Source: a virus
Taxonomy: Duplodnaviria > Heunggongvirae > Uroviricota > Caudoviricetes
IMG/VR virus record: IMGVR_UViG_3300017691_000005
Location: 94,052-132,461 of that record
Reading direction: 5' to 3' (one strand)
Length of the DNA stretch: 38,410 nucleotides
Shown piece by piece: positions 8,801 through 16,946 of this stretch (positions within the stretch are counted from its first letter, which is position 1; each line of letters begins with the position of its first letter). The translations under genes were made by a program, and so were the position numbers. The notes beneath the pieces were generated by a model. It made no database searches and had not been told where the DNA came from. It worked only from the letters and a program-made list of their open reading frames with translations.

Positions 8801-9100
8801 ATGCGAGTCGTTCTGTACATTGTTGGCCTGTTCGTTGCTGGTGTCATGATGATTGCTACTGCTGTCCCGGCAAATGCTATTGGCCTTGAGAATCAGATCA
8901 AGATCAATACCGCCGCTGTTAAGGTGGCTGATAAGTCTTGTGGGAAGTGGCAGTCTAAGATGAGTAATGCAAAGAAGGATTGCCGTTTTAAGACGCTTAA
9001 GAAGAATGGTTATATTGCGCTGTATGATCTTTCTGATCTTCCTGTTGTCTCTCGCCTGGCTCCCTACGCCCCGCCCGTGTCTGACTCCCGAGCCGTCTGA
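8801..9100 (+). CDS. putative secreted protein
   Basis: AGGAGG RBS; signal peptide ending in PANA; preceded by a partial promoter module (CTTAAG 8745, CCGATA 8767). Confidence 0.7.
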   Translation: MRVVLYIVGLFVAGVMMIATAVPANAIGLENQIKINTAAVKVADKSCGKWQSKMSNAKKDCRFKTLKKNGYIALYDLSDLPVVSRLAPYAPPVSDSRAV

Positions 9101-9106
9101 AAATTA

Positions 9107-9149
9107 GCCCCCGTGTCCTCTTGACCAGGACACGGGGGCGCTTTAGTAT
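9107..9149 (+). promoter_or_regulatory. 13-bp hairpin overlapping a sigma70-type promoter
   Basis: GCCCCCGTGTCCT-CTTGACC-AGGACACGGGGGC; TTGACC (9121)-17 bp-TAGTAT (9144). Confidence 0.65.
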
Positions 9150-9176
9150 TGACCTACAGCAGCCGATACAGGAGGC

Positions 9177-9419
9177 ATGACGATGTGTAGAGACCACGGC
9201 AAGCGCCGTAAGCACAATTGCTCCGCCTGGCATCGTGCGCTGATGGAGGCTTACTACGATGCGAGGAACCGCCAGGAAATGCGGGCGGAAGAGTACAGCA
9301 TTGGGTATGCTACTGAACTGAAGCAGTTTTACACAGAAGTTGAGTCTAAGATCACTTTTAAGTTCTTCCTTTCTAATTGGCGGTTCTACATGTCTTATGA
9401 GCAGGAGATGGCAGCATGA
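9177..9419 (+). CDS. hypothetical phage protein
   Basis: CAGGAGG RBS; H.C..WHRAL..AY..AR..QE motif. Confidence 0.75.
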   Translation: MTMCRDHGKRRKHNCSAWHRALMEAYYDARNRQEMRAEEYSIGYATELKQFYTEVESKITFKFFLSNWRFYMSYEQEMAA

Positions 9420-9914
9420 AGGAAAGTTGGAAATTTGTTGGTAGTTACAAAAATATTTTTGGTACAGTAATGTATGAGTGGCAGATTGTCAATAGTAATA
9501 ATGAAACACAAAATTATTACTTTGTACCCGTTTACGCATTTTGGAAGACAGACTATGGGTTTGGGAGCGAGTGAGACGTAAATACAAGTTTATTGGTCGA
9601 TATACAAACGTTAAAAACATTGAAGTTTACGAACGGATGGAGCCGATGAGTCAATTTAAATATAACCTAGCAAGCCTTGTTATGTTTGGAATTTTTCTGG
9701 CGGCAGTGAACTGGCGGCTTGCAGGATTATTTGTTTGCTGGATTATCCTTTGGGAAGGATGGAGATTGCTCAATGAAACCTAAATACAAATTTGAAGGCA
9801 AGTATATGCTTTCTGATGGCTCTTTTATTTATGAATGGATGCAGCGTTATGAAGTTGACGGACTAAGCCGCACTTCTCTTTGTTGGATTCCTGTAGATAA
9901 ATTTTGGAGGAATA

Positions 9915-10145
9915 ATGTCTGATTACTCAATCTATACTGCACTAGCGACTGAGATTGATAGGCTTACTGCCGAATCTAAGAACCCATTTGCTGATGTTGC
10001 CGCCAATGCTCTTCATCAGCGAGAGGGTATTGCTATCGCTATGGCTATTATTTATTCCCAAAGGTCTAAATTTCAGCATATTGAACAGTCAGAGCGCCGC
10101 TGGCGTACTCAAAAGTCTTACTTTATGGGAGACAATAATGATTGA
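9915..10145 (+). CDS. hypothetical protein
   Basis: GGAGG RBS. Confidence 0.65.
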   Translation: MSDYSIYTALATEIDRLTAESKNPFADVAANALHQREGIAIAMAIIYSQRSKFQHIEQSERRWRTQKSYFMGDNND

Positions 10146-10479
10146 AGATTTTGAGTATCCTTTCCCTATTGTTACTAAGCCCGCAACTATCTGGAATCGT
10201 TTTCAGATGATGCGGCTAATGTGGAATGTTTTAAATAATAAGAAGTTGGGCGATCGTGCTCCGTGGAAGAGGCAGATTAAGGCTTTTGCTTTGACTTTCA
10301 AGTTTTACTTTCTTACCCGGCGTCCTGAGGTGGCTTATCGTGCGGACTAAATATAAATTCCTCAAGCGTTCTTCTATTCAAGGTTTTGAGTTCTATGAGT
10401 GGTATTCAATTCAACCAGAATATTTAGCCGCGCCAACCAATATGTGCTATAGATATGTCGATACGTTTTGGAGTAGATC

Positions 10480-10740
10480 ATGAGCCTGCTCTTTTCAATT
10501 ATTTATGTATATTGTGCTACCGGATTTTTAATGGGAGCCTTTGTGTCTCTTGGCGTACTGTATCCCGATGCAATGACTGATGAATCCAAGGCGAATGTCA
10601 AAAGGAATATGGATAGGAAGGGTATCACTAACAAGTACGTCTTTATTCTTTGGATCATGTTTAACTTTACTTTCGGCTGGTTATATGCAGTAGTTATGCG
10701 CTATGTATATTTGCGAAAGAATAACAATGGAACCTCGTAA
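10480..10740 (+). CDS. membrane protein
   Basis: GGAG RBS; two hydrophobic segments. Confidence 0.65.
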   Translation: MSLLFSIIYVYCATGFLMGAFVSLGVLYPDAMTDESKANVKRNMDRKGITNKYVFILWIMFNFTFGWLYAVVMRYVYLRKNNNGTS

Positions 10741-11044
10741 CTTGATTTGCACTAGATGCTTGAAGCCCTTTATTTTTGTGCCTAATCATGAAAGTGATAC
10801 ATCTCCTCGATATCATAGTAAATCTTGTAGAACACGGGCCCAAGAACAACGAAGTAAACAATTTAAAAAATCATTAAAGAGTAATGGTGCAGTCTGTCCT
10901 ACTCCCTACAAGAAGTGGTATCGTACATGGGAGGAAGCAGACCGGGCGGTTATTGAGATTAATTCAGTTCAGCCCGGTTTACGTCCTTACAAATGCCCGT
11001 GCGGGGTAATTCATGTCGGTCATGGAAAGAAGGTCAAGAAATGA
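10703..11044 (+). CDS. basic Zn-binding hypothetical protein
   Basis: CxxC..YHSKSC and KK.Y.T.EEA..RPYKCPCG.IH motifs; probable start ATG 10727. Confidence 0.65.
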   Translation: MYICERITMEPRNLICTRCLKPFIFVPNHESDTSPRYHSKSCRTRAQEQRSKQFKKSLKSNGAVCPTPYKKWYRTWEEADRAVIEINSVQPGLRPYKCPCGVIHVGHGKKVKK

Positions 11045-11237
11045 GCGTTAGGTACCGAGGTTATGCTGTTGATTTCAAGGCTCGTCGGGTCCGGCGGGAG
11101 CGTGACCATATTACTTTCACTTTCCATTACACACCCGATGGTATTAGACTTGAGCCCTGTGGAGAGTCTATGCTTCCTACATATTTGAAGAATTGGATGA
11201 ATAAGAACTGTATGGACTATGTTTTTAGTGACTGATA

Positions 11238-11720
11238 ATGACTGACACTTGGCTTGTTGAGACTCAAGAGTTTTTATTTATGCGCCTTGCAGACGCGGGG
11301 GAATATGCTGAATCTATTGTTTGTACCGAATGTTGTGAAGGTTTCACAGATGAAATTGAATACATCGGTGACGGTAGATATTTAGCGTTTTGTTCTTGTT
11401 GCGATAATTATGAGCCGTTTTCTAACGCTGAGGTGTTCCAGTTCAAAAGACAAGACGATCATTATTGGATGGTAGAAGAACTCGTAAGGTATTACGATCA
11501 AAACAAACTTGAATTAGTTATTGCTAGTGTATGTGGTCAATGGGTTTGTGACGGTCACCATAGAATTGCAGCGGCATTAGATTTAGGTATCAATATAGTG
11601 ATGGTGGATAATAGAGACATACCCATATATGATAACCCTAGTGAATGGGCAATAAAGAGTCCAGCATTTCACTACATCAATGAGGAGATTGTGCCAGCGA
11701 GATATTATGCAGCGAATTAA
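11238..11720 (+). CDS. ParB/Srx-like domain protein with N-terminal Cys clusters
   Basis: DGHHRIAAA..LG signature. Confidence 0.7.
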   Translation: MTDTWLVETQEFLFMRLADAGEYAESIVCTECCEGFTDEIEYIGDGRYLAFCSCCDNYEPFSNAEVFQFKRQDDHYWMVEELVRYYDQNKLELVIASVCGQWVCDGHHRIAAALDLGINIVMVDNRDIPIYDNPSEWAIKSPAFHYINEEIVPARYYAAN

Positions 11721-11803
11721 AGTGAACAATGTTAACGACATAAGCGAAAATGATCAGTTTGTTATCGACATGGAGCGGGTTTTCCATGATGTAATGGTGT
11801 TGG

Positions 11804-12073
11804 ATGACACAGGCAATCAGATATTTTTATCTCAACTTGAAACAGCGGATAAAGATGTTCACTGAAAGTCTGAGGGCATATCTATACGCCGCCCGTGCCA
11901 CTCCATTTACAGCGCCATTGCCTGAAGATAATGAGGTGTTTGAAAAGAGCAATCTTACGAGTCATGTCGGCGCGTATTTTCATGGCTATAATGATGGTAA
12001 TCTAGCGGGTCAAGATCTTATTATTTCTAAGATTCTTGATTATTTAGATTCAGAAGACGCATTTAACTCCTAA
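11804..12073 (+). CDS. hypothetical protein
   Basis: ORF track; probable start near 11856. Confidence 0.5.
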   Translation: MTQAIRYFYLNLKQRIKMFTESLRAYLYAARATPFTAPLPEDNEVFEKSNLTSHVGAYFHGYNDGNLAGQDLIISKILDYLDSEDAFNS

Positions 12074-12087
12074 GGCTAGGTTTAATA

Positions 12088-12351
12088 ATGTATGAAATAG
12101 AAGTTGAGGCTCCTTTTATTGGAGCAAAAGAAATAAAAAGTGCTTATGAACTTCTTGGCATTGCTCCTGACAATCTTTGGCTGACCATTCCGCACATTTC
12201 TAGGATGGAACAGGCTTGGAACTATATGTATTGGGAGGCCACAGCAGCCCTTGAAGACAATCATTTTGTAGAAAGGATTGTTGATATTGCTTTAGATAGA
12301 AATAAGAATAGATGGTTTGGGACGGCCATTATGAAATCAATATACGAATGA
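12088..12351 (+). CDS. hypothetical protein
   Basis: 87-aa ORF. Confidence 0.6.
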   Translation: MYEIEVEAPFIGAKEIKSAYELLGIAPDNLWLTIPHISRMEQAWNYMYWEATAALEDNHFVERIVDIALDRNKNRWFGTAIMKSIYE

Positions 12352-12593
12352 TGATTTTAGGCATAATTTATGCGACAGGTTGCTATATTTATATAATTAA
12401 AACAATTTATCGTATGAATAGGACTTAACATATACCTTTTGACTACTCTTGACGATTTTTGGAGGTATCGTGAAGTACTTGACGTGGCCTAAGTCATATG
12501 CTTGGATGACTACGCAGGAACGTTGGCAGACCATTGCACTCCTTTTTGTCAGTTATTTTGGTCTTTTAATTGCCGTTACGCTTCTAATTATTT

Positions 12594-12830
12594 ATGGAGG
12601 ATGACGTGAAGAATCTTGGTGCCGTTACTATTGTCAATACTCGTTACGGTGGAGCATATGAAGGGGGACTATGGCTGGCATTTAAATCTTATCCCGCCGG
12701 TATTCCATTCGATATTTATTCCGATGACGGTGCATGTGCAGCATGGTTCAACGGAATTAACGATAAGAATGTAGGCAAGGGTAACACTCCTACAGAAGCA
12801 TTTAATGATCTTTATCATAATAAGAGTTGA
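12594..12830 (+). CDS. hypothetical phage protein
   Basis: TRYGGAYEGG.WLAF Gly-rich motif. Confidence 0.7.
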   Translation: MEDDVKNLGAVTIVNTRYGGAYEGGLWLAFKSYPAGIPFDIYSDDGACAAWFNGINDKNVGKGNTPTEAFNDLYHNKS

Positions 12831-13045
12831 CAATACAAGGAGAAATAATGTCTAACATTGATCATTACAACAAAGCAGAAGAACTACTTACTCGATTCGA
12901 CAACATGACTCTTATCGATAAAGGTAGGTATGGATATGTTTTAACACAGGCTCAAATTCATGCAACACTAGCAACCGCCCGACAGGGCAGGCTAGAATAT
13001 GTCATTGATATTGATGATCTGAAGAAGGAAGCATCTAAAATTTGA
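12827..13045 (+). CDS. hypothetical protein
   Basis: AAGGAG RBS before ATG near 12848; QAQIHATLA. Confidence 0.65.
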   Translation: MTIQGEIMSNIDHYNKAEELLTRFDNMTLIDKGRYGYVLTQAQIHATLATARQGRLEYVIDIDDLKKEASKI

Positions 13046-13070
13046 CACTACCATTTTATCTGCTTACAAT
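13042..13070 (+). promoter_or_regulatory. near-consensus sigma70-type promoter
   Basis: TTGACA-17 bp-TACAAT. Confidence 0.85.
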
Positions 13071-13075
13071 ACTCA

Positions 13076-13181
13076 TGAAGGACAAAGGTCGCGCGGAGGT
13101 CCTAGAGTTGTATTGAATTCAATACAGTAATATTGAGACCCTAGAGGGAAGCGCGACCCCCTCTAGGGTCTCTTTGTTTTT
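13076..13181 (+). ncRNA. candidate small structured RNA
   Basis: Lies between the strong promoter and a 14-bp terminator with no RBS-led ORF. Contains an 18-nt palindrome and an 8-nt segment complementary to the terminator loop. Confidence 0.5.
13135..13181 (+). terminator. intrinsic terminator
   Basis: GAGACCCTAGAGGG/CCCTCTAGGGTCTC followed by TTTGTTTTT. Confidence 0.85.
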
Positions 13182-13690
13182 CTAGAACCATCCTTGGTGG
13201 GCAAGGGGATACACATGCATTGCCCGAGGCTTTACAGGCCGAACCTGTACCGGGAAAAAGAAGTGACCTATGAATATCCGAGTCACATGAATCTATTATC
13301 AATAGGGCAACACGGGTCGCCTGTCCTATATTATGCGATGAGTAATAGATATATGCCGCGATACGGAACGTAATTCCTCCGTCTTGGAAACCTCACTATA
13401 CAGATGTTTCTAAAGTCTTTGTTAGGCTTTAGTTTGCCTTCAACCAGATTAAGTCAAAAAATTAAATCTATTATTTTAAAGTTGATATTTCAGTAAAGAC
13501 ATTGACTCTAATAAAACATACTTATAAGGCTATAAATGAATTTTATTGTAGTTCTCAAATAGTTTCTAAAAATCTCATTGATTTCAAAAATCTCACTAGA
13601 AAACTAAACAGTGTAAAAATCTCACTCCATCGTAACCTGTTCGTTACATACAGGGCTAAAGGTCTCTCTCCTAGGGACGATAAGTAATGC

Positions 13691-14104
13691 ATGAACAACA
13701 CTACTGAGCCAGTCACCGCAACGATGATGAAGGAGATGATGAACGGCACTAATGAGACTGCTCTTGTGCGCTATCCTGACGGTTCTCTGGGTGTTATTCG
13801 TCATCTTTCTCTTGAACTTCCTGATATCCCCGATGATGTAGAGGTGCTTCGTTACCCTGCAAAGCCGTGGGCGGGTGATCTCATTAAGGCCGCTCGTGAG
13901 GTGGCTCGTAAGGACGGAAAGTCTGAGCATCTTGCAACGCTTAAGAAGAAGGCTATTGAGTGGGCTAATGATGAGATTAAGGAGGATGAGAAGCGCATGG
14001 GTTTTCGGATTCCTCCGGATATGATGGGGGCTCGCTCTCTCAGCCGGACGGAAATGCGAATCTGGATGGAGATTATCGAGCGCCTAATTCCTCTGATGCC
14101 GTAA
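13691..14104 (+). CDS. hypothetical protein with candidate -1 frameshift extension to 14451
   Basis: 137-aa ORF; slippery G GGT TTT at 13999-14005. Confidence 0.75.
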   Translation: MNNTTEPVTATMMKEMMNGTNETALVRYPDGSLGVIRHLSLELPDIPDDVEVLRYPAKPWAGDLIKAAREVARKDGKSEHLATLKKKAIEWANDEIKEDEKRMGFRIPPDMMGARSLSRTEMRIWMEIIERLIPLMP

Positions 14105-14280
14105 AGCCTAAGGTCACTTACCGCCGGTCTCCTAATGGAAGATATGACGGTAGTGAATCAGATAGAGATGTCAAGCCTACTCAGGTAATCAATAAGCCTG
14201 CACGAACTAAGGTTTTACCACCACCACAATCCCCCACTATTTCTGAGTCCATCGTAAATAACAACCCTAGGAGACCTACT

Positions 14281-14451
14281 GTGGCTACTTCCGCTACTGC
14301 CCTTGACAAGTCCGCTATGCTGAATGTTTTCAAGGTGCTTGCGTCTTACACTGTTCCCGGTTACGCGCTTTACCTTATCGCTCGATTCTTTGTTTACTTC
14401 CCGCCGAGTTGGTCGGCTGCTGCTGATTTTCTTGGTTTCAATGTTCGATGA
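14281..14451 (+). CDS. small membrane protein, also the C-terminus of the putative frameshift product
   Basis: AGGAG RBS, 7 nt, then GTG; 56 aa with a hydrophobic segment. Confidence 0.65.
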   Translation: MATSATALDKSAMLNVFKVLASYTVPGYALYLIARFFVYFPPSWSAAADFLGFNVR

Positions 14452-14498
14452 TTGATGATCGTAAGGTATGAGACACAATCTCTGACTTACACACATTC

Positions 14499-14531
14499 AC
14501 CCTCACTGACACAATCGGTGGGGGTTTTTTG
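14499..14531 (+). terminator. intrinsic terminator
   Basis: 11-bp stem with GU pairs followed by TTTTTT. Confidence 0.7.
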
Positions 14532-14714
14532 TGTTTTCAAAATTGAAATAAAAAATATTTTGAGAAAAAATCCATGTGGTTTTTGCTTCTATCGTAAAGG
14601 CCGGGGGCCCTGTGCATTTTGGCCGCCATCGTAAAGGGGTGTTTCCCCATGATCAACAACTCGGTTGCCCGAGGCAACCATTTCCATGATCGTTGATCTT
14701 GAAAAGATGATCAT

Positions 14715-14788
14715 GGACAAAACGGTCAAATCGGACAAAATATGCCAAAATAGGACAGACCACTCAAAACGGACATAGCGGACATGCA
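14715..14788. repeat. eight degenerate 9-10-bp tandem repeats (GGACAAAAY-like)
   Basis: Units start at 14715, 14724, 14733, 14743, 14753, 14762, 14771 and 14780. Confidence 0.7.
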
Positions 14789-15497
14789 TACAAATTCATG
14801 ATCTTGCATAGTCAAATGTCCTGACAAAGTGCCATTGGATCATGAAAACTGTAGTTTGATCTAAGTATTGACCAGCGGAAATGCACGCTGAGACACGAAC
14901 GCACCCTAGATGGCATCCCGATGCCAAACCGGGCCCCTAGGGGCTCCCAGGGCCCCTACAGGGCCTCATATGGGCCGCATAGCCATGCATGGCGGGTGGG
15001 AGCGGGTGCAGCATAGAAACGATCTTGAAAATGGTTGAGCGTTCAATGGTTGTATGTTCAATAGTTGCAATACACAACTACCTAGAGATCAATCTAGATA
15101 GAAGGAATGCGCGTGCGCGCGAGTACCACAGACTCAAGATCAATTGTGGCAGACACGTCGTCCCCCTGTGTCCCCCAAAGTAGGGACACGACACGTTGCT
15201 CAAGATGGTTCCAACTAGACCCGATACCGGTAATGTTCTTCTCATCACCCCGGGGAGCGGCTGAGAGGCAGGGCTCCGGAGAGTGACCGATACGCACCAG
15301 ACCTCAACTACATAGATTCGCCCCGAGTGTACGGGTGCCCGACCATTGCGCCTAGCAATGCGGAAAGCACCTACACTATCCGATCCGCAAAAACGGACGG
15401 GTAAGGCAGAGTAGGGAGCGGATATGCGATATGCGAAAAGCTTCATTTGATCTTGATTGAATGGCTTTTTACATATCGGGAGAGATTGGAAAGTGAA

Positions 15498-15782
15498 ATG
15501 GGTACTTACACAATTACTTCCGAAAAGACCGGTATTACTAAGACTTATCAGGAAATCATTACCGCCGATGATGTTACCGATGAAATTCTCGCCGATTGCG
15601 TGAGCATTGAAGAGGGTTTCTACGGTAATGATGCTCGCATTGATTGGCAGGATTTTTTCGATAGGCGCCTGGACGGTATGTCGCTGAACAATGGCAATTA
15701 CATTTGTCTGGGAAATGAGTACAACACTCCGGCAATGCGAAAGATTAAGAATTACATTAACAAGATCCGCCGCGAATCCTGA
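15498..15782 (+). CDS. hypothetical early protein
   Basis: GGAAAG RBS then ATG 15498; acidic N-terminal half. Confidence 0.7.
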   Translation: MGTYTITSEKTGITKTYQEIITADDVTDEILADCVSIEEGFYGNDARIDWQDFFDRRLDGMSLNNGNYICLGNEYNTPAMRKIKNYINKIRRES

Positions 15783-15844
15783 ATAACTAACCTCTAACTA
15801 CTCCCGATATGTAAATGGTTATTCAATCACCGAGAGGAATTGAA

Positions 15845-16006
15845 ATGCTCACTTATCAGGTGGTCGCATACGGTTTCGGATACGGCGTCAAGGCATGGCG
15901 CACGGTCACGCTCCCGAACGGAAAGGTAATTCATCCCTACAAGGGAATTGTGTTCACGACTCCCTGCCTCGCTCGCGCAAAAGGTTGGGTGCGCGACGGC
16001 AAGTGA
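15845..16006 (+). CDS. small hypothetical protein
   Basis: GAGAGG RBS. Confidence 0.6.
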   Translation: MLTYQVVAYGFGYGVKAWRTVTLPNGKVIHPYKGIVFTTPCLARAKGWVRDGK

Positions 16007-16094
16007 ATAACGGAATTGCATTAGCCATAAACTATGCGACAGTTTATGGCTTTTGTTGTTCACTTATTCATTCCCATTTCACAGAGAGGTGACA

Positions 16095-16214
16095 ATGATG
16101 ATGATTCTCAAGAATGAGGACAACGGCCGGACGATGATGGTGGAGTTTTCCCGCGCGGCGTGGGACAGACTCTCCCGCCAGGGCTGGCGGCTGGTCGGTA
16201 CCCGTCCTCTGTGA
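16095..16214 (+). CDS. 39-aa hypothetical protein
   Basis: GAGAGG RBS; read manually. Confidence 0.55.
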   Translation: MMMILKNEDNGRTMMVEFSRAAWDRLSRQGWRLVGTRPL

Positions 16215-16306
16215 CCTAGGTCACGCTGACAACTTCCGGCGTGTCGCTCACGTTCGCGTGGCAAATGCCGATAGATTGGTGTCACCAGCACAGAGGAGAG
16301 GGAAAA

Positions 16307-16393
16307 ATGACTGACGGACAGTTTTTCCGGGCCATTGCGGTTATGCTCGCGCTTTACGCGATTGCATACTCTTTCGTTTCCGCCTCTTTCTGA
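16307..16393 (+). CDS. 28-aa hydrophobic peptide
   Basis: GAGGAGAGGG RBS; MTDGQFFRAIAVMLALYAIAYSFVSASF. Confidence 0.55.
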   Translation: MTDGQFFRAIAVMLALYAIAYSFVSASF

Positions 16394-16411
16394 GAACTAG
16401 GAGATATCATC

Positions 16412-16645
16412 ATGGGCAAGCACGCACGGGACGCCGTTTCTGCTATCAAGTGGAATGAGCGTCTTATCCGCAATCTCCGCACTAACCCCGACCCCTCTTG
16501 GTCTTCCCAGGACCGAGTTACTGAGATCTTTCTTGCTGAGAAGGAAATTCACGACTTTGCCCGCAAGATTGATTCTGAGGTGGTCGCTATCTTTCACCTT
16601 TCAAACGACCGGTTCACGACGACTAACTCTATGACGGCGGTGTGA
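16412..16645 (+). CDS. hypothetical protein
   Basis: AGGAG RBS. Confidence 0.7.
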   Translation: MGKHARDAVSAIKWNERLIRNLRTNPDPSWSSQDRVTEIFLAEKEIHDFARKIDSEVVAIFHLSNDRFTTTNSMTAV

Positions 16646-16713
16646 CATGATTGAGACTACTTACTCTGACATTGTGAATGACTATCTTGATTCGATGATT
16701 TGGGGTGACGGCA

Positions 16714-16851
16714 ATGTGGAAGATAGTATGTGACTGGTGCGACGGTATGCTCGCTAGCGACACCAGTTTTTACGCGATTGTCAGACTTGCTAATCGAATT
16801 GACAAGTGTGCCGATTGCAAGGATTCCACCTCCACCATTGTGCAGGCTTAG
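16714..16851 (+). CDS. 45-aa CxxC..CxxC protein
   Basis: MWKIVCDWCDG..KCADCK; read manually. Confidence 0.5.
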   Translation: MWKIVCDWCDGMLASDTSFYAIVRLANRIDKCADCKDSTSTIVQA

Positions 16852-16946
16852 TGGCATTGCGTTAGTCACAAATTAGAAATAGTTTGTGACTTTCGTTGCG
16901 TCTCTAAACTGAGATAGCAAATCGACTCACAGAATAGGAATTCAAA

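Noticed and set aside
13691-14451. Frameshift interpreted as a tail assembly chaperone
   Set aside because: There is no major tail or tape-measure gene nearby, and a terminator and non-coding DNA follow.
14989-15446. ORF-track entries inside the palindromic block
   Set aside because: No RBS, atypical composition and mutual overlaps; treated as non-coding pending Ribo-seq.
15287-15809. Isolated CCGATA hexamers at 15287 and 15804 (also 9163)
   Set aside because: They lack the upstream box at 21-22 bp, so they were not counted as promoter modules.
16648-16851. Possible frameshifted single gene
   Set aside because: The second part has its own ATG at 16714 after a GGGGTG RBS-like sequence, so two overlapping small genes explain it.
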